A DNA stretch of 64,000 bases, from assembly GCA_963748825.1 (NCBI GenBank), contig CAVVKN010000023.1, positions 32,001 through 96,000 on the forward strand, in the 5' to 3' direction. The notes beneath the pieces were generated by a model. It saw nothing but the letters and a program-made list of their open reading frames with translations, searched no databases and had not been told where the DNA came from. This document shows positions 41,010-53,273 of this stretch, in pieces. The DNA is from Methanotrichaceae archaeon (GTDB lineage Archaea > Halobacteriota > Methanosarcinia > Methanotrichales > Methanotrichaceae). The translations under genes and the position numbers were made by a program. The number at the start of each line of letters is the position of its first letter. The first letter of the stretch is position 1.

Positions 41010-43205
41010 TCAAACGACCTTCAGGTAATCGGAAGGCTTGGGCATTTCCGGTTTCAGACCCTTTCTGGTTCTGATCTGCTTGACTGTATCTTGCAGCAGG
41101 TTGGCAGGCAAGGGCTCAAAGCCAGCGAACTCCGAGGACCAGAGAGCTCTGCCTTCGGTGGCCGACCTTATGGCCCCGGAGAATCCGAACATTTGAGCCA
41201 CAGGCATCTTGGATTTAAGGATAATCATATCGCCCTGGCTGTCCATGTTCAGTATAACGCCTCTCCTTCCCTGGATCTCAGACATGGCTCCACCCATTTG
41301 ATCCTGAGGCACCTGTATATAGACATTCTGGAAGGGCTCCAATAAAACCGGATCCGCCATAAGTATTCCAGCCTGCACGGCTTGCCTGACCGCTGGAATG
41401 ACCTGGGCGGGGCCGCGGTGTACGGCATCCTCGTGCAGCTTTACATCCACGAGTTTGGCCTTTATGCCCTGCGCGGGTTCCCTGCAGATGGGGCCGTTCT
41501 TCAGTGCCTCCTCGAAGCCCTCTAAGATGAGCTCCATGGTCTCTCTCAGGTACTGAATGCCCTTGGTCATGTTGAGCAGGACGTTGGTGCCGAAGTATCC
41601 GACAATGCTCTTTGCCTCATCCTTCTCCATGCCTTTCTCGAGGAGGACCTTCCTGCGCTCTACCTCCTCCATCTTCATGCTGATCTTGCCCTCTTTCAAG
41701 GCCTCGATCACGCCCGGTTCCAGGGGCTCAAACTCGATGTAGAAGCGGTTGTGGTGGTTGGGTGACTTTCCTTCCACAGGCCCGGCTCTGCCGCCGACGG
41801 ACTCACGGTAGACTACTATGGGTGGCGACGTCTTCAGCTCCACGCCGCGATCGCGCTGTAGCCTGGTTACAGTAACATCCAGGTGCAACTCGCCCATGCC
41901 GGCCATAAGGTGCTCGCCGGTCTCCTCGTTGATGGTAACCTGCAGAGTTGGATCCTCTTTGGCGATCTGCCTTAAGACCTCTACCACCTTGGGCAGGTCT
42001 CGGGTGTTCTTGGCCTCGACGGCTACGGTCATGACCGGTTCTGAGACGTGCTTAATCTGCTCAAACGGTGTCATGTTCTGTTCTGAAGATACGGTAGAGC
42101 CCACGATTGCATCCCGAAGACCAGTGACTGCCGCGATGTTTCCTGCAGGAATCTCCTCTACCTCAACCCTCTCCGCACCCATGACGATGCCCGTCTGCTG
42201 AATACGGTTGGTATTGACCACGCCGGAGACATACAGCTCCATGCCGCGATGCAGAGTTCCGGAGAAGAGCCTTCCCGTGGCCACTTCGCCAGCATGCGGG
42301 TCGACCTTCAACTTGTTGATCATGAAAGCGACGGGACCCTTGGGATCACAGGTAGCCATGGCTCTTCCCACGTCACTATCCCAATTGCCGTGCCAGATGA
42401 CCTTGACCCTCTCCTTTTGGGCATCGATGGGGCTAGGCAAGAACTTGACAACCATATCGTTTACGGCTATATAAAGCGGAACCTTCTCGGCCAGCTCCTT
42501 CATCTTTCCTGCCCGGCAGTATTCGACGACCTGCTCAAAGCCGATGCCCGTCTTCTTCATCTGAGGGACGCTGATGGCCCAGTTGTAGAGAGCTGAACCA
42601 AAGGCGATATTTCCCTTAGCAGCATCCAGCTTCCAGCCAGCTTTATATTTCTCTTCATCCATTCCTTGGATGAGCTTGTTGACGTTGTCAATGACCTTGC
42701 CCAGGCGCATTGCCATATCTTTTGGCTCAACTTTCAGCTCATTGATCATGCGGTCCACTTTATTGACGAAAAGGACCGGCCTGACACCTTCCTTCAGAGC
42801 CTGTCGCAGCACGGTCTCCGTCTGAGGCATGGCGCCCTCAACCGCATCCACTACAACCACTGCGCCATCCACTGCCCGCATAGCCCGAGTGACGTCGCCT
42901 CCAAAGTCCACGTGGCCGGGAGTATCAATCATGTTGATGAGATATTCCTTGCCATCTATCTCGTGAACCATGGATACATTGGCCGCATCGATAGTAATTC
43001 CGCGCGCCTGCTCCAGGGGATCGAAATCCATGAAGAGCTGCTTACCTGCCAGGTCCATGGAGATCATGCCTGCGCCTCCCAGAAGGTTATCAGAAAGGGT
43101 TGTCTTGCCGTGATCGATATGTGCTACGATTCCGATGTTCCGGATAAACTCAGGCTTGTCCATCAGAGTCGTTACACGTTCTGCTATTTTCTTCCTCTTG
43201 CCCAT
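41010..43205 (-). CDS. fusA: Elongation factor 2
   Basis: [21 protein letters not shown], diphthamide loop [11 protein letters not shown]. Start ATG at 43205. Confidence 0.99.
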   Translation of the reverse strand: MGKRKKIAERVTTLMDKPEFIRNIGIVAHIDHGKTTLSDNLLGGAGMISMDLAGKQLFMDFDPLEQARGITIDAANVSMVHEIDGKEYLINMIDTPGHVDFGGDVTRAMRAVDGAVVVVDAVEGAMPQTETVLRQALKEGVRPVLFVNKVDRMINELKVEPKDMAMRLGKVIDNVNKLIQGMDEEKYKAGWKLDAAKGNIAFGSALYNWAISVPQMKKTGIGFEQVVEYCRAGKMKELAEKVPLYIAVNDMVVKFLPSPIDAQKERVKVIWHGNWDSDVGRAMATCDPKGPVAFMINKLKVDPHAGEVATGRLFSGTLHRGMELYVSGVVNTNRIQQTGIVMGAERVEVEEIPAGNIAAVTGLRDAIVGSTVSSEQNMTPFEQIKHVSEPVMTVAVEAKNTRDLPKVVEVLRQIAKEDPTLQVTINEETGEHLMAGMGELHLDVTVTRLQRDRGVELKTSPPIVVYRESVGGRAGPVEGKSPNHHNRFYIEFEPLEPGVIEALKEGKISMKMEEVERRKVLLEKGMEKDEAKSIVGYFGTNVLLNMTKGIQYLRETMELILEGFEEALKNGPICREPAQGIKAKLVDVKLHEDAVHRGPAQVIPAVRQAVQAGILMADPVLLEPFQNVYIQVPQDQMGGAMSEIQGRRGVILNMDSQGDMIILKSKMPVAQMFGFSGAIRSATEGRALWSSEFAGFEPLPANLLQDTVKQIRTRKGLKPEMPKPSDYLKVV

Positions 43206-43490
43206 AATACGCCTCGCGAAGTTTAAGATAAAGGTTAAATCCAGACTAGGACTCAGATTCCTCGGACTCAATCTATTTAAGCCTTCGGCCTTCTCAGGGC
43301 GGTTTCAAAATCTATTGCCCAGGCACCATTGGCATTATTACTCAGAAAAACTAACGTTGCCCGCTTCTATTTAAAATTTAATGTGGAACCGACTAGATCG
43401 ACTTGATCTTGCCGGACGAATTTGGAGCGAAATTATAATTATGGATAAAGCTTAAATCGCTGCGAGGATAGCAGAGCAACGGTTTTTACG

Positions 43491-44885
43491 ATGGCGCGCT
43501 TGGTAATGAAGTTTGGTGGTGTTTCCGTTGCTGACGGAAACAGATTGCGGCATGTGGGAGATCTGGTCTTACATTTTAACCGCGACAATGAGATAGTTTT
43601 GGTTACTTCCGCCCTGCAAGGCGTCACTGACGACCTTTTGGCCTGTGCCAGAAAAGCAGCAAAGGAGGGGAATGTCTCAGAAGTGATCGATTTTATGGAG
43701 AAGCTTACGGATAGACACAATCAGGCCATAACTGATGCCATAAAAGATCCTCAAATAGCCAAAGAGATCAGTGAGACGATATCTATTAAGCTGTCTGAGC
43801 TCGAGAAAGCCTACATCGGCATCTGCTACCTGGGTGAACTTACAGCACGCTCTTTGGATTATATATCCAGCTATGGCGAGCAACTGGCGGCACCCATTCT
43901 GGCAGGAGTCTTAAGAGACATGGGCATACCCTCCCAGCACTATACCGGCTCAGAGGCCGGAATCGTCACAGACAGCAACTATGGCGACAGCAGGCCCCTG
44001 GAGAAGACCTACAATTTGATTCCCCAAAGTCTCTTGCCGATTAAGGGTGTTCCCGTGGTCACTGGCTTCATTGCCAAGGACGAAAAGGGTACTATTACCA
44101 CCTTGGGGCGTGGTGGCTCGGATCTGTCCGCCTCGCTCATCGGGGCGGCCATTGATGCCGATGAGATCTGGTTCTGGAAGGAGACATATGGCATAATGAC
44201 CACCGATCCCAAGATCGTACCCGAGGCCAGGTCCATCCCCACCATCTCTTATCGGGAGGCTATGGAGCTGTCCAACTTCGGGGCCAAGGTCCTGCACCCC
44301 CGCTCCATTGAGCCTGCCATCCGAAAGGGCATCCCCGTGCGAGTCAAATGTACCTTCGATCCCGATATTCCCGGCACTCTGATAGTGCATGACGATGTAC
44401 CCAAAGCAGATGTGATAAAGGCAGTGACGCTGCACAAGAATGTGGCTCTGCTCAACATTTCCGGCGCAGGCATGATCGGAACGCTTGGCGTCGCAGCCCG
44501 CGCTTTTTCCGCCCTGGCCAAGGCGGGCATCAATATCGTTATGATCAGCCAGGGGTCCTCGGAGGCCAATATCTCCATGGTCATTGAGGAGCGGCAGGTG
44601 GAGAAGGCCGAGGACGCCCTGCGAGCAGAGTTTCCCAGAGATCTGGTCAAGGAGATCTCGCACGATCATGATGTGAGCGCAGTGGCGGTAGTGGGCGCAG
44701 GAATGGCAGGCACCCCAGGCGTTGCCGCGCACGTCTTCAAGGCCATGGGCGCGGCCAAGATAAATGTGGTCATGATCAGCCAGGCATCGGGTCAGCTTAA
44801 CATATCCTTCGTGGTCGCCTCCAAGGACGCCGAGCAGGCCGTAAAAGAACTGCACCGCGAGTTTTGCCTGGGAGGAGAAGCATGA
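43491..44885 (+). CDS. lysC: Aspartate kinase with two ACT domains
   Basis: MKFGG, TTLGRGGSD, DPKIV, GAKVLHP, two ACT repeats. Confidence 0.95.
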   Translation: MARLVMKFGGVSVADGNRLRHVGDLVLHFNRDNEIVLVTSALQGVTDDLLACARKAAKEGNVSEVIDFMEKLTDRHNQAITDAIKDPQIAKEISETISIKLSELEKAYIGICYLGELTARSLDYISSYGEQLAAPILAGVLRDMGIPSQHYTGSEAGIVTDSNYGDSRPLEKTYNLIPQSLLPIKGVPVVTGFIAKDEKGTITTLGRGGSDLSASLIGAAIDADEIWFWKETYGIMTTDPKIVPEARSIPTISYREAMELSNFGAKVLHPRSIEPAIRKGIPVRVKCTFDPDIPGTLIVHDDVPKADVIKAVTLHKNVALLNISGAGMIGTLGVAARAFSALAKAGINIVMISQGSSEANISMVIEERQVEKAEDALRAEFPRDLVKEISHDHDVSAVAVVGAGMAGTPGVAAHVFKAMGAAKINVVMISQASGQLNISFVVASKDAEQAVKELHREFCLGGEA

Positions 44886-45877
44886 GGAGACTGACGTACG
44901 CGCAGGCGGGCGTGGATATCCACGCGGAGAACAGATCGATTGATGCCATGAAGGCCGTGCTGACGACAAAACGCAAGGGGTTCGGAGCGCCCATGACCGA
45001 AATCGGCCACTACGCCGGACTTCTAGATATGGGAAGCTTTGCCCTGGCCATGACCACGGATGGTGTGGGGTCCAAGGTCCTCATTGCCAATGCTATTTCC
45101 AAGTGGGATACGATAGGCATCGACTGTATCGCCATGAATGTTAATGACCTTTATGCCATCGGTGCCGAGCCTATCGCCTTTGTGGACTATCTGGCCGTGG
45201 AGAGGGTGGACCCGGAGAGGGCGGCGCAAATTGCCATCGGTCTGGCCCGCGGGGCCGAGATATCCAATATGACCATCGTGGGCGGGGAGACGGCTTCCTT
45301 GCCTGAGATCATTCGGGGCTTCGACCTGGCAGGCACAGCCATCGGAATCGTGGACAAGGACCGGGTTGTCACCGGCGAGAAGATCCAGACGGGTGACACG
45401 CTGGTGGGAGTGCCCGGCAGCGGCCTGCACAGCAATGGCTACACTTTAGCCCGGCGTATCATCGCCGAGTCCAAATACACATATTTCGACCGGATGCCAG
45501 ACGGGAAAAATACCATTGGAGAGGAGCTGCTCACACCCACCCGGATCTACCCCGAGATCGTGAAACTGGCGGCGGAGTGTGATGTGCATGGCCTCGCCCA
45601 CATCACCGGCTCGGGCCTTCTCAAGCTGCGCCGCATCTCGCAATTGGGCTTTGAGATCACCGATCCCCTGGAGCCACAACCCATCTTCCCATTCCTGCAG
45701 GAGCTGGGCAATGTGGATGAAAGCGAGATGTACCGCACATTTAACATGGGCATGGGCTTCGTGGTAGTAGTTGCCGAGGACGAGGCCCAAAAGGCCTGCC
45801 GCATCATGGGGCCAGGCTCAAAGGTAATCGGATCGATTGTAAAAGAGGGAATAAAAGCAGGCCGCATGACCTTCTAG
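44882..45877 (+). CDS. purM: Phosphoribosylaminoimidazole (AIR) synthetase
   Basis: TYAQAGVDI, TDGVGSK, GGETA, SGLHSNGY, HITG, FNMGMG. ATGA overlap with the aspartate kinase stop. Confidence 0.96.
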   Translation: MRRLTYAQAGVDIHAENRSIDAMKAVLTTKRKGFGAPMTEIGHYAGLLDMGSFALAMTTDGVGSKVLIANAISKWDTIGIDCIAMNVNDLYAIGAEPIAFVDYLAVERVDPERAAQIAIGLARGAEISNMTIVGGETASLPEIIRGFDLAGTAIGIVDKDRVVTGEKIQTGDTLVGVPGSGLHSNGYTLARRIIAESKYTYFDRMPDGKNTIGEELLTPTRIYPEIVKLAAECDVHGLAHITGSGLLKLRRISQLGFEITDPLEPQPIFPFLQELGNVDESEMYRTFNMGMGFVVVVAEDEAQKACRIMGPGSKVIGSIVKEGIKAGRMTF

Positions 45878-45883
45878 GCCTGC

Positions 45884-46648
45884 TTACAACTTTTTTTCGC
45901 CGAACATCTCTTCTAATTTAGTCTTTATCTTTCGGATGGACTCTATCGCCGGGCAGTTTACATCGATGGGCGGCTTTCCAGCCAGGTCGGCCTCCACCAG
46001 GCATTTGTCGAAGGGAATGGTCCCCAGGACCGGTATGCCCATTTGCGCCAGCTTCTCGGCCACGGGCCCTGGATCGTCTGCCTTGTTTATGACGGCAAAG
46101 TACCTGGTGATGCCGATCTCCTTGCCCAGATGCATTATCCTCTCCACGGTCTCAATGGATCTCATACCCGGCTCTACCACGGCGATCATGGCGTCAACGC
46201 CGCGAGCAGTGGCTCTGCCTAAGTGCTCTATGCCCGCTTCCATGTCCATGATCACCAGATCCTTTTCCCGAACGATGACGTGTCTGATGAGGGCTTTGAC
46301 GAAGGCATTGGCGGGACACATGCAGCCCGAGCCGCCGGAATCGATGGTGCCCATGACCACCAGCTTGACATTGTCTGGCCCAGTGCAGCCACACATGGCC
46401 ACCACGTCGTCGACCTTGGGATTCATCTTGAACATGCCGCCGGGCATGCCCGCCCGCTCCTGAACTAAGTCTTTGTGCTCGGTGACGGGCTTTGGCAGAG
46501 TCGATATTCCCAAAGCTGAGCCCAGATTCATGCTGGGATCGGCATCGATGGCCAGAACATTGTAGCCGTCGCGGGCAAAGAGCCTGGCCAGGGTGCCGGC
46601 CAGGGTGGTCTTGCCCACGCCGCCTTTTCCTGAGATTGCAATCTTCAT
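45884..46648 (-). CDS. cooC: CooC-type nickel-insertion ATPase (CODH/ACS maturation)
   Basis: SGKGGVGKTT, DADP, GSGCMCP, DMEAGIEHLGR. Confidence 0.92.
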   Translation of the reverse strand: MKIAISGKGGVGKTTLAGTLARLFARDGYNVLAIDADPSMNLGSALGISTLPKPVTEHKDLVQERAGMPGGMFKMNPKVDDVVAMCGCTGPDNVKLVVMGTIDSGGSGCMCPANAFVKALIRHVIVREKDLVIMDMEAGIEHLGRATARGVDAMIAVVEPGMRSIETVERIMHLGKEIGITRYFAVINKADDPGPVAEKLAQMGIPVLGTIPFDKCLVEADLAGKPPIDVNCPAIESIRKIKTKLEEMFGEKKL

Positions 46649-46783
46649 TTTTATGAACCTCGTGAGAGTGAATAAGTCCATTTCTGAAATGATCTTTTCG
46701 GATTTAACTTTTGATTCCAATTTATCCTATCTGACATGTATGTTTATATCGATTCTGCATTATAACATTACTGGGACGCTGGG

Positions 46784-48814
46784 ATGATCGAGAGCATCAG
46801 AAAACGCGATGGCAGGATAGTCAAATTTGACCAGGAGAAGATTGCCGCAGCCATTGCCAAGGCCTTTGTTGCAGTTGGCCGGGAGAAGGACAGAGAGCCC
46901 GCCTCTCTAGCCAGGAAAGTAGTGGAAGAGACGGAGCTGAGATTCTCAGACATAATTGCCGGTGTGGAAGACATTCAGGATGCTGTGGAGAGGGGGCTCA
47001 TACAGGCCGGCTACAGTGACGTTGCCAAAGCCTACATCCTCTACCGCCAGAAGAGATCAGAGATCCGGGAAGCGAAGCAATATCTTGGAGTGGCCGACGA
47101 CCTCAAGCTATCCATCAATGCCATTGAAGTTCTTAAGATGAGATATCTGCGTCGCGATGAGAGCGGCCTGGTGGCAGAGACGCCGGGGGAGATGTTTGCC
47201 CGCGTGGCCTCTCACGTCTCGCAGGCCGAGATCAAGTATGGCGGCGACGCAAAATGCTGTCGCACCGAATTTCTAAAGATGATGCATAGCCTGGAATTTC
47301 TGCCCAACTCCCCCACGCTCATGAATGCGGGCCTGCCGCTTGGCCAGCTATCTGCCTGCTTCGTCCTGCCCGTGGAGGACTCGCTGCCGGGCATCTTCGA
47401 GGCTCTCAAGAACATGGCCCTCATCCACCAGAGCGGGGGGGGCACAGGCTTCTCCTTCTCCCGGCTGCGCCCCAAGAACGATGTGGTGCGCGCTACGGGC
47501 GGAGTGGCCAGCGGCCCGGTATCTTTCATGCGCATCTTCGATGCAGCCACTGATGTTATCAAACAGGGAGGCCGGCGCAGGGGCGCGAACATGGGCACCC
47601 TTCGGGTCGATCATCCCGATATTCTGGAGTTCATCGAAGCCAAGGAAAAGCCGGGGTTTTTGGAGAACTTTAACATCTCAGTAGCGGCAACTGCTGATTT
47701 CATGCGCGCGGCGCGGCAGGGCGGCGAGATCGAGCTGATCAATCCGCGCAGCTGCCAGGCAACGGGCCGCATCAATGCCCAGGAGACCATGAGCCTCATC
47801 GCCAACTCTGCCTGGCGGGGTGGAGATCCTGGCATGATCTTCATCGACAGGATCAATGCCGCGAACCCCCTGCCCGGCACAATTGAGACCACCAATCCCT
47901 GCGGCGAGCAGCCGCTCCTGCCTTTCGAGTCCTGCAACCTGGGATCCATCAACCTCTCGAAGCTGGTAGAGAAGGGTGAGATGAACTGGGCGCGGCTGGG
48001 GGAGCTGGTCTCTCTCTCCGTGCGCTTTTTGGACGATGTCATCGATGTCAACCGTTTTCCCCTGAAGCAGATTGAAGAGGCGACATTGCAGTCGCGAAAG
48101 ATCGGCCTGGGGGTGATGGGCTTTGCCGAGATGCTGATTCTGATGAATATCTCCTACAACTCCCTGCAAGCCGTGCACGTAGCGGAAGATGTTATGAAAA
48201 ACATCACCCAGGCGGCGCGCGAGGCATCAGCGCAGTTGGGCGAAGAGCGCGGCTCTTTTCCGCTCTTCGAACAGTCCCAACTCAAGAATTGGAACGCTAT
48301 GAGAAACGCAACTGTGACCACGATTGCGCCCACGGGCACCATCAGTATCATCGCGGGAACGAGCAGCGGCATCGAGCCGCTCTTCGCTCTGGCATTTGTG
48401 CGCCGCGTTCTGGAGGGCGCGCGCCTTTTGGAGGTCTCGCCCCTCTTTGAGGGCGCAGCCGCAGCACGCGGCATTTACACCCCGGACCTTAAAGCTGAGC
48501 TGGCCAGGAAGGGCTCGGCAGCGGATATAGCGGGTGTGCCCCTGGATCTGAAGGACTTATTTGTCACGGCTCTGAACATCCCGCCTGAGCAGCACGTTCG
48601 TATTCAGGCCGCCTTTCAGAAGCACACGGACAACGCCGTCTCCAAGACCGTCAATCTACCTGCTGACGCGACCGTAAGCGACGTTTTAAAAGTATACAAT
48701 CTGGCTTACGATCTGGGCTGCAAGGGCGTGACCGTCTTTCGCTACGGCAGCAAAAGCCAGGTGCTGTATCTGGGCAATGGGGAGACGGTACCGGGGTGCA
48801 AGTACTGCGGGTGA
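46784..48814 (+). CDS. nrdJ: Class II (adenosylcobalamin) ribonucleotide reductase with ATP-cone
   Basis: IRKRDG ATP-cone, PNSPTLMNAG, SACF, TNPCGE, TIAPTGTIS, C-terminal CKYC. Confidence 0.94.
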   Translation: MIESIRKRDGRIVKFDQEKIAAAIAKAFVAVGREKDREPASLARKVVEETELRFSDIIAGVEDIQDAVERGLIQAGYSDVAKAYILYRQKRSEIREAKQYLGVADDLKLSINAIEVLKMRYLRRDESGLVAETPGEMFARVASHVSQAEIKYGGDAKCCRTEFLKMMHSLEFLPNSPTLMNAGLPLGQLSACFVLPVEDSLPGIFEALKNMALIHQSGGGTGFSFSRLRPKNDVVRATGGVASGPVSFMRIFDAATDVIKQGGRRRGANMGTLRVDHPDILEFIEAKEKPGFLENFNISVAATADFMRAARQGGEIELINPRSCQATGRINAQETMSLIANSAWRGGDPGMIFIDRINAANPLPGTIETTNPCGEQPLLPFESCNLGSINLSKLVEKGEMNWARLGELVSLSVRFLDDVIDVNRFPLKQIEEATLQSRKIGLGVMGFAEMLILMNISYNSLQAVHVAEDVMKNITQAAREASAQLGEERGSFPLFEQSQLKNWNAMRNATVTTIAPTGTISIIAGTSSGIEPLFALAFVRRVLEGARLLEVSPLFEGAAAARGIYTPDLKAELARKGSAADIAGVPLDLKDLFVTALNIPPEQHVRIQAAFQKHTDNAVSKTVNLPADATVSDVLKVYNLAYDLGCKGVTVFRYGSKSQVLYLGNGETVPGCKYCG

Positions 48815-49210
48815 TGTTTTTGAGAAGCAAAAAATCCTACAGGAATTGCCGGATCTTGTCTGGCGACAAAGGACTCATCCGACAAATTAATCTGCAAAGA
48901 ATTGCCATATTCTCTGTTGTCCTGTTCATCCACATTGTTGGATGGAAAGGAGGAGATGGCCCGAGGCGGCAAAAGGTAAAGGAAGGGAGATTGTAACGAA
49001 AAGCCGCCCCAGGCCACAAGCCATCAGCAAACCAATTACCCCTTATTAACTGTGTCGGTTGAAGCTACCTTAGCGGTAGCTGGTTTTGCCTTGCGAGGAG
49101 ACCGATAAGCCTAGGAACTTTTCTAATAATTCTAACAATTTGAAAATAAATATATACCAGGTACAGGCATATTCATAAACCATACCGCCCAAGGCCATGA
49201 TACCAGAGGA

Positions 49211-50146
49211 TTGCAGCAGATCAATATGTGCCAGATAATAGAAGACGACGTATGCATAACATCGATGCCCCGCATCGGCCCAAGGTTTCCCGCATCACAG
49301 AAGGTAACCCTAACATCAAACTATTCCAATCAAGAATTTGATTCATTGATCATCCGGGGCGATGCATTAGAAAACCTCAGGAAATTTAAAGAAAATTACT
49401 TTAGATGTTGCGTTACAAGTCCTCCTTATTGGGGTCTCAGAGACTACGGAGAGCCTCATCAAATCGGTGCGGAACCCGAGATGCAGGATTATATAGAAAA
49501 TTTAGTGCTGGTATTCAGAGAGGTAAAGCGGACTCTTACTGAAGACGGTACTCTGTGGCTCAATATTGGTGATTCATACACCAGCGGCAACCGCGCCTGG
49601 CGTGACGCAGACAGGAAGAATCCCGCCCGAGCCATGAGCTATCGGCCTCCGACCCCCCAGGGATTGAAACCCAAAGATCTGATAGGCATCCCTTGGAGAC
49701 TGGCTTTTGCCCTGCAATCAGATGGATGGTATTTGCGCTCGGATATCATCTGGCATAAGCCGAACTGCCAACCGGAATCCGTCAAAGACCGGCCCACGCG
49801 CTGCCATGAGTATATGTTTCTCCTCTCCAAATCGGAGAAATACAATTATGTTTACGATGAGCTTGTTGAACCTTCCAAGTCCAAGAACGGCTTTCGCAAT
49901 CGTCGCACCGTTTGGTCCATAAATACTGAACCCTACCATTATGCGCACTTTGCATCATTTCCCAAGGAACTGGTAAGGCCATGTATCCTGGCAAGTGCAA
50001 ATGAAAATGACATTGTGCTGGATCCATTTTTCGGTTCAGGCACTGTAGGGGTTGTATGTCTTGAGCTAAATCGAAGATTTGTTGGAATTGAATTAAAACA
50101 GGAATATGTTGAAATAGCACGCAAACGAATAGTGGAAGGCAATTAA
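49211..50146 (+). CDS. Type II DNA methyltransferase, beta class, probably N4-cytosine (M.Cfr9I/XmaI-like)
   Basis: TSPPY catalytic motif precedes the DPFFGSGT SAM-binding motif. Start codon uncertain. Confidence 0.9.
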   Translation: MQQINMCQIIEDDVCITSMPRIGPRFPASQKVTLTSNYSNQEFDSLIIRGDALENLRKFKENYFRCCVTSPPYWGLRDYGEPHQIGAEPEMQDYIENLVLVFREVKRTLTEDGTLWLNIGDSYTSGNRAWRDADRKNPARAMSYRPPTPQGLKPKDLIGIPWRLAFALQSDGWYLRSDIIWHKPNCQPESVKDRPTRCHEYMFLLSKSEKYNYVYDELVEPSKSKNGFRNRRTVWSINTEPYHYAHFASFPKELVRPCILASANENDIVLDPFFGSGTVGVVCLELNRRFVGIELKQEYVEIARKRIVEGN

Positions 50147-50149
50147 TAC

Positions 50150-51626
<1,477 letters not shown>

Positions 51627-51663
51627 ATATGATAATTATGATAATTGCCAAAGTGAAATAGAA

Positions 51664-52025
51664 ATGAAGCTGAAGGTTACTTTAGTATTGCTGCTAGTGC
51701 TGTTATTGTAAAGGTAGCGGCTATAGATGCCAAGTCGAGCAGTAGAAGCAGAAGCGGAGGAAAATCAAGCGGCTCCTGCAGCGAGAGCGTCTCATCATCA
51801 GGACCACACTCCCTTATAGGCGATGCGGCCAAGGTGACTGGAATCGCAAGCGTGCTCGCAATTGTCAAGATCAACAAGAAGAAGAAGAAGACTCATCTCG
51901 ATGACGATCTTTTCGAAAACGAGACAGAGAACGAGACGGCACAGCAATCACCTGGCATAGGAGCGCTGCCCGCATTTCTTGCTATGGGCATGCTCCTGCT
52001 GGCCTGGCGAAAGAGAATAGTGTGA
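51664..52025 (+). pseudogene. Frameshifted small surface protein with signal peptide and PGF-CTERM-like anchor
   Basis: ATG 51664 gives MKLKVTLVLLLVLLL*. A different frame continues VKVAAIDAKSS...SPGIGALPAFLAMGMLLLAWRKRIV*. Confidence 0.6.
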
Positions 52026-52076
52026 TGCCTTCTCCTGATTCGCACTTTCAGATTTAAAATTGAAAAAATATGTGCT

Positions 52077-53078
52077 TCAGGCCGTCACGACGGCCTGAGC
52101 GGTACTATTTTCCTGCATTGTTTCATTGAGATTGAGCATCGTCTCTTTCAGCTGTGTTCCGTTTACCATCGTCTCATTTCCGACCGGGACAACGGGAACT
52201 GCTTGTGGGGAGACCATTAGACCCATGGGGAAAGGCTGAGCCTTCTTGGCCTCGGCAGGGAGCTTGATATTTACGCTCTCATTGAAGCCCTCAAAGATCA
52301 TGGAGACCTCAGCATTTATTGTCATTTCCTGGTCATCGGATTCGTTGGCATTAAGGCCTAAAGACTGGGGGGTCACGGTGAATATCTCCAATACATCCGT
52401 CTTCTTGAGAAGATGAGTATCTTTGGTGATCCAGTAGTAGACGTCCAATCTCATATTGCGGAAGAGTTCGGTATAGTTCATGCTCGGCATAGGCACAATA
52501 GATGTCACCTCTCCGGAGAGCTGATCGGCCATCGTGCTCATATCTATCTCCGCCCGGACCTTGTAGCAGTCCACTCCCTCCACCACTTCCGAGCCAATCA
52601 GGGAGAGGCGAGACTGATTGAACATTTTTAGCTGCTGGTCCATTGTGTTCTGCTGGGACCAGGCATCAGCCATGCCGGGCATCTCCATCGCAGTCCAGTT
52701 TCCATCCACCTTGAGGTAGAGGGTGTCGTTGATAAGATACTCCTCCAAGGCCATGGCACTGGAGTTGTCCTCATCGCCCTTTGTATAGGTGAGGGCGGCC
52801 ATGGAAAGCTTTAGAGCACGATCGGTCATATTGGCCATTCCATAGCCGAAAGAGCGCGTGTTGAGCTTCTGGGTGTCGCCCGAGGATAGGTTGACCAGAT
52901 CCATCTTCTGTTCCATCTCCATGGAAAAGCGATAGGACTCCAGCTTGGCAGAGGAGTCGACCACCAGAGACTGCAAAGCTGATGCCATCAGTTCATCGAA
53001 AGATATATTGTTCGTCTGGCCGAGCGCTCCCGAGCTGCATAGCAAAATAGCCATGAATAATAGTATAAGCGATCTCAT
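52077..53078 (-). CDS. Secreted LppX/LprAFG-like (LolA-fold) protein
   Basis: Signal peptide, ESYRFSM, YLKVDGNW, CYKV, YWI.KDT.LL, FNESVNIKLPAEA pattern. Confidence 0.7.
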   Translation of the reverse strand: MRSLILLFMAILLCSSGALGQTNNISFDELMASALQSLVVDSSAKLESYRFSMEMEQKMDLVNLSSGDTQKLNTRSFGYGMANMTDRALKLSMAALTYTKGDEDNSSAMALEEYLINDTLYLKVDGNWTAMEMPGMADAWSQQNTMDQQLKMFNQSRLSLIGSEVVEGVDCYKVRAEIDMSTMADQLSGEVTSIVPMPSMNYTELFRNMRLDVYYWITKDTHLLKKTDVLEIFTVTPQSLGLNANESDDQEMTINAEVSMIFEGFNESVNIKLPAEAKKAQPFPMGLMVSPQAVPVVPVGNETMVNGTQLKETMLNLNETMQENSTAQAVVTA

Positions 53079-53218
53079 AGAAGGCAGGTAAGAATGGCAA
53101 AGGGTAAATCTTTTTTGCTCTGTGGGAGAGTGCCGCCAATAAATACCGATGCCATGGCATCCATGACCGGACTGGCTATCCCAGCTCGATCTGATGCAAA
53201 GCAGATGTGGCGATAACG

Positions 53219-53273
53219 TTTAAATACAACAAATGATGTACTTTTTCATACATCATAGTATTAATTAGTACAT
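53219..53273 (+). promoter_or_regulatory. trpBA promoter: TATA box TTTAAATA followed by inverted repeats with TRP-box-like half sites
   Basis: ATGATGTA-N8-TACATCAT (53233-53256) and ATGTACT...AGTACAT (53236-53273). Confidence 0.6.

Noticed and set aside
46784-48814. Intein in the ribonucleotide reductase
   Set aside because: The 676-aa length and continuous motifs leave no room for an insertion.
48950-48975. GGAGATGGC as the start of a fluoride riboswitch
   Set aside because: The downstream conserved elements and pseudoknot partner are missing, and the gene context does not fit.
51629-51646. Tandem ATGATAATT as a Fur box
   Set aside because: Short AT-rich duplication ahead of a broken gene, not distinguishable from background.
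53233-53268. Tiny [14 protein letters not shown] upstream of trpB as an attenuator leader peptide
   Set aside because: It has no Trp codons and begins about 7 bp after the TATA box, upstream of the expected TSS. The sequence is better explained as an operator.
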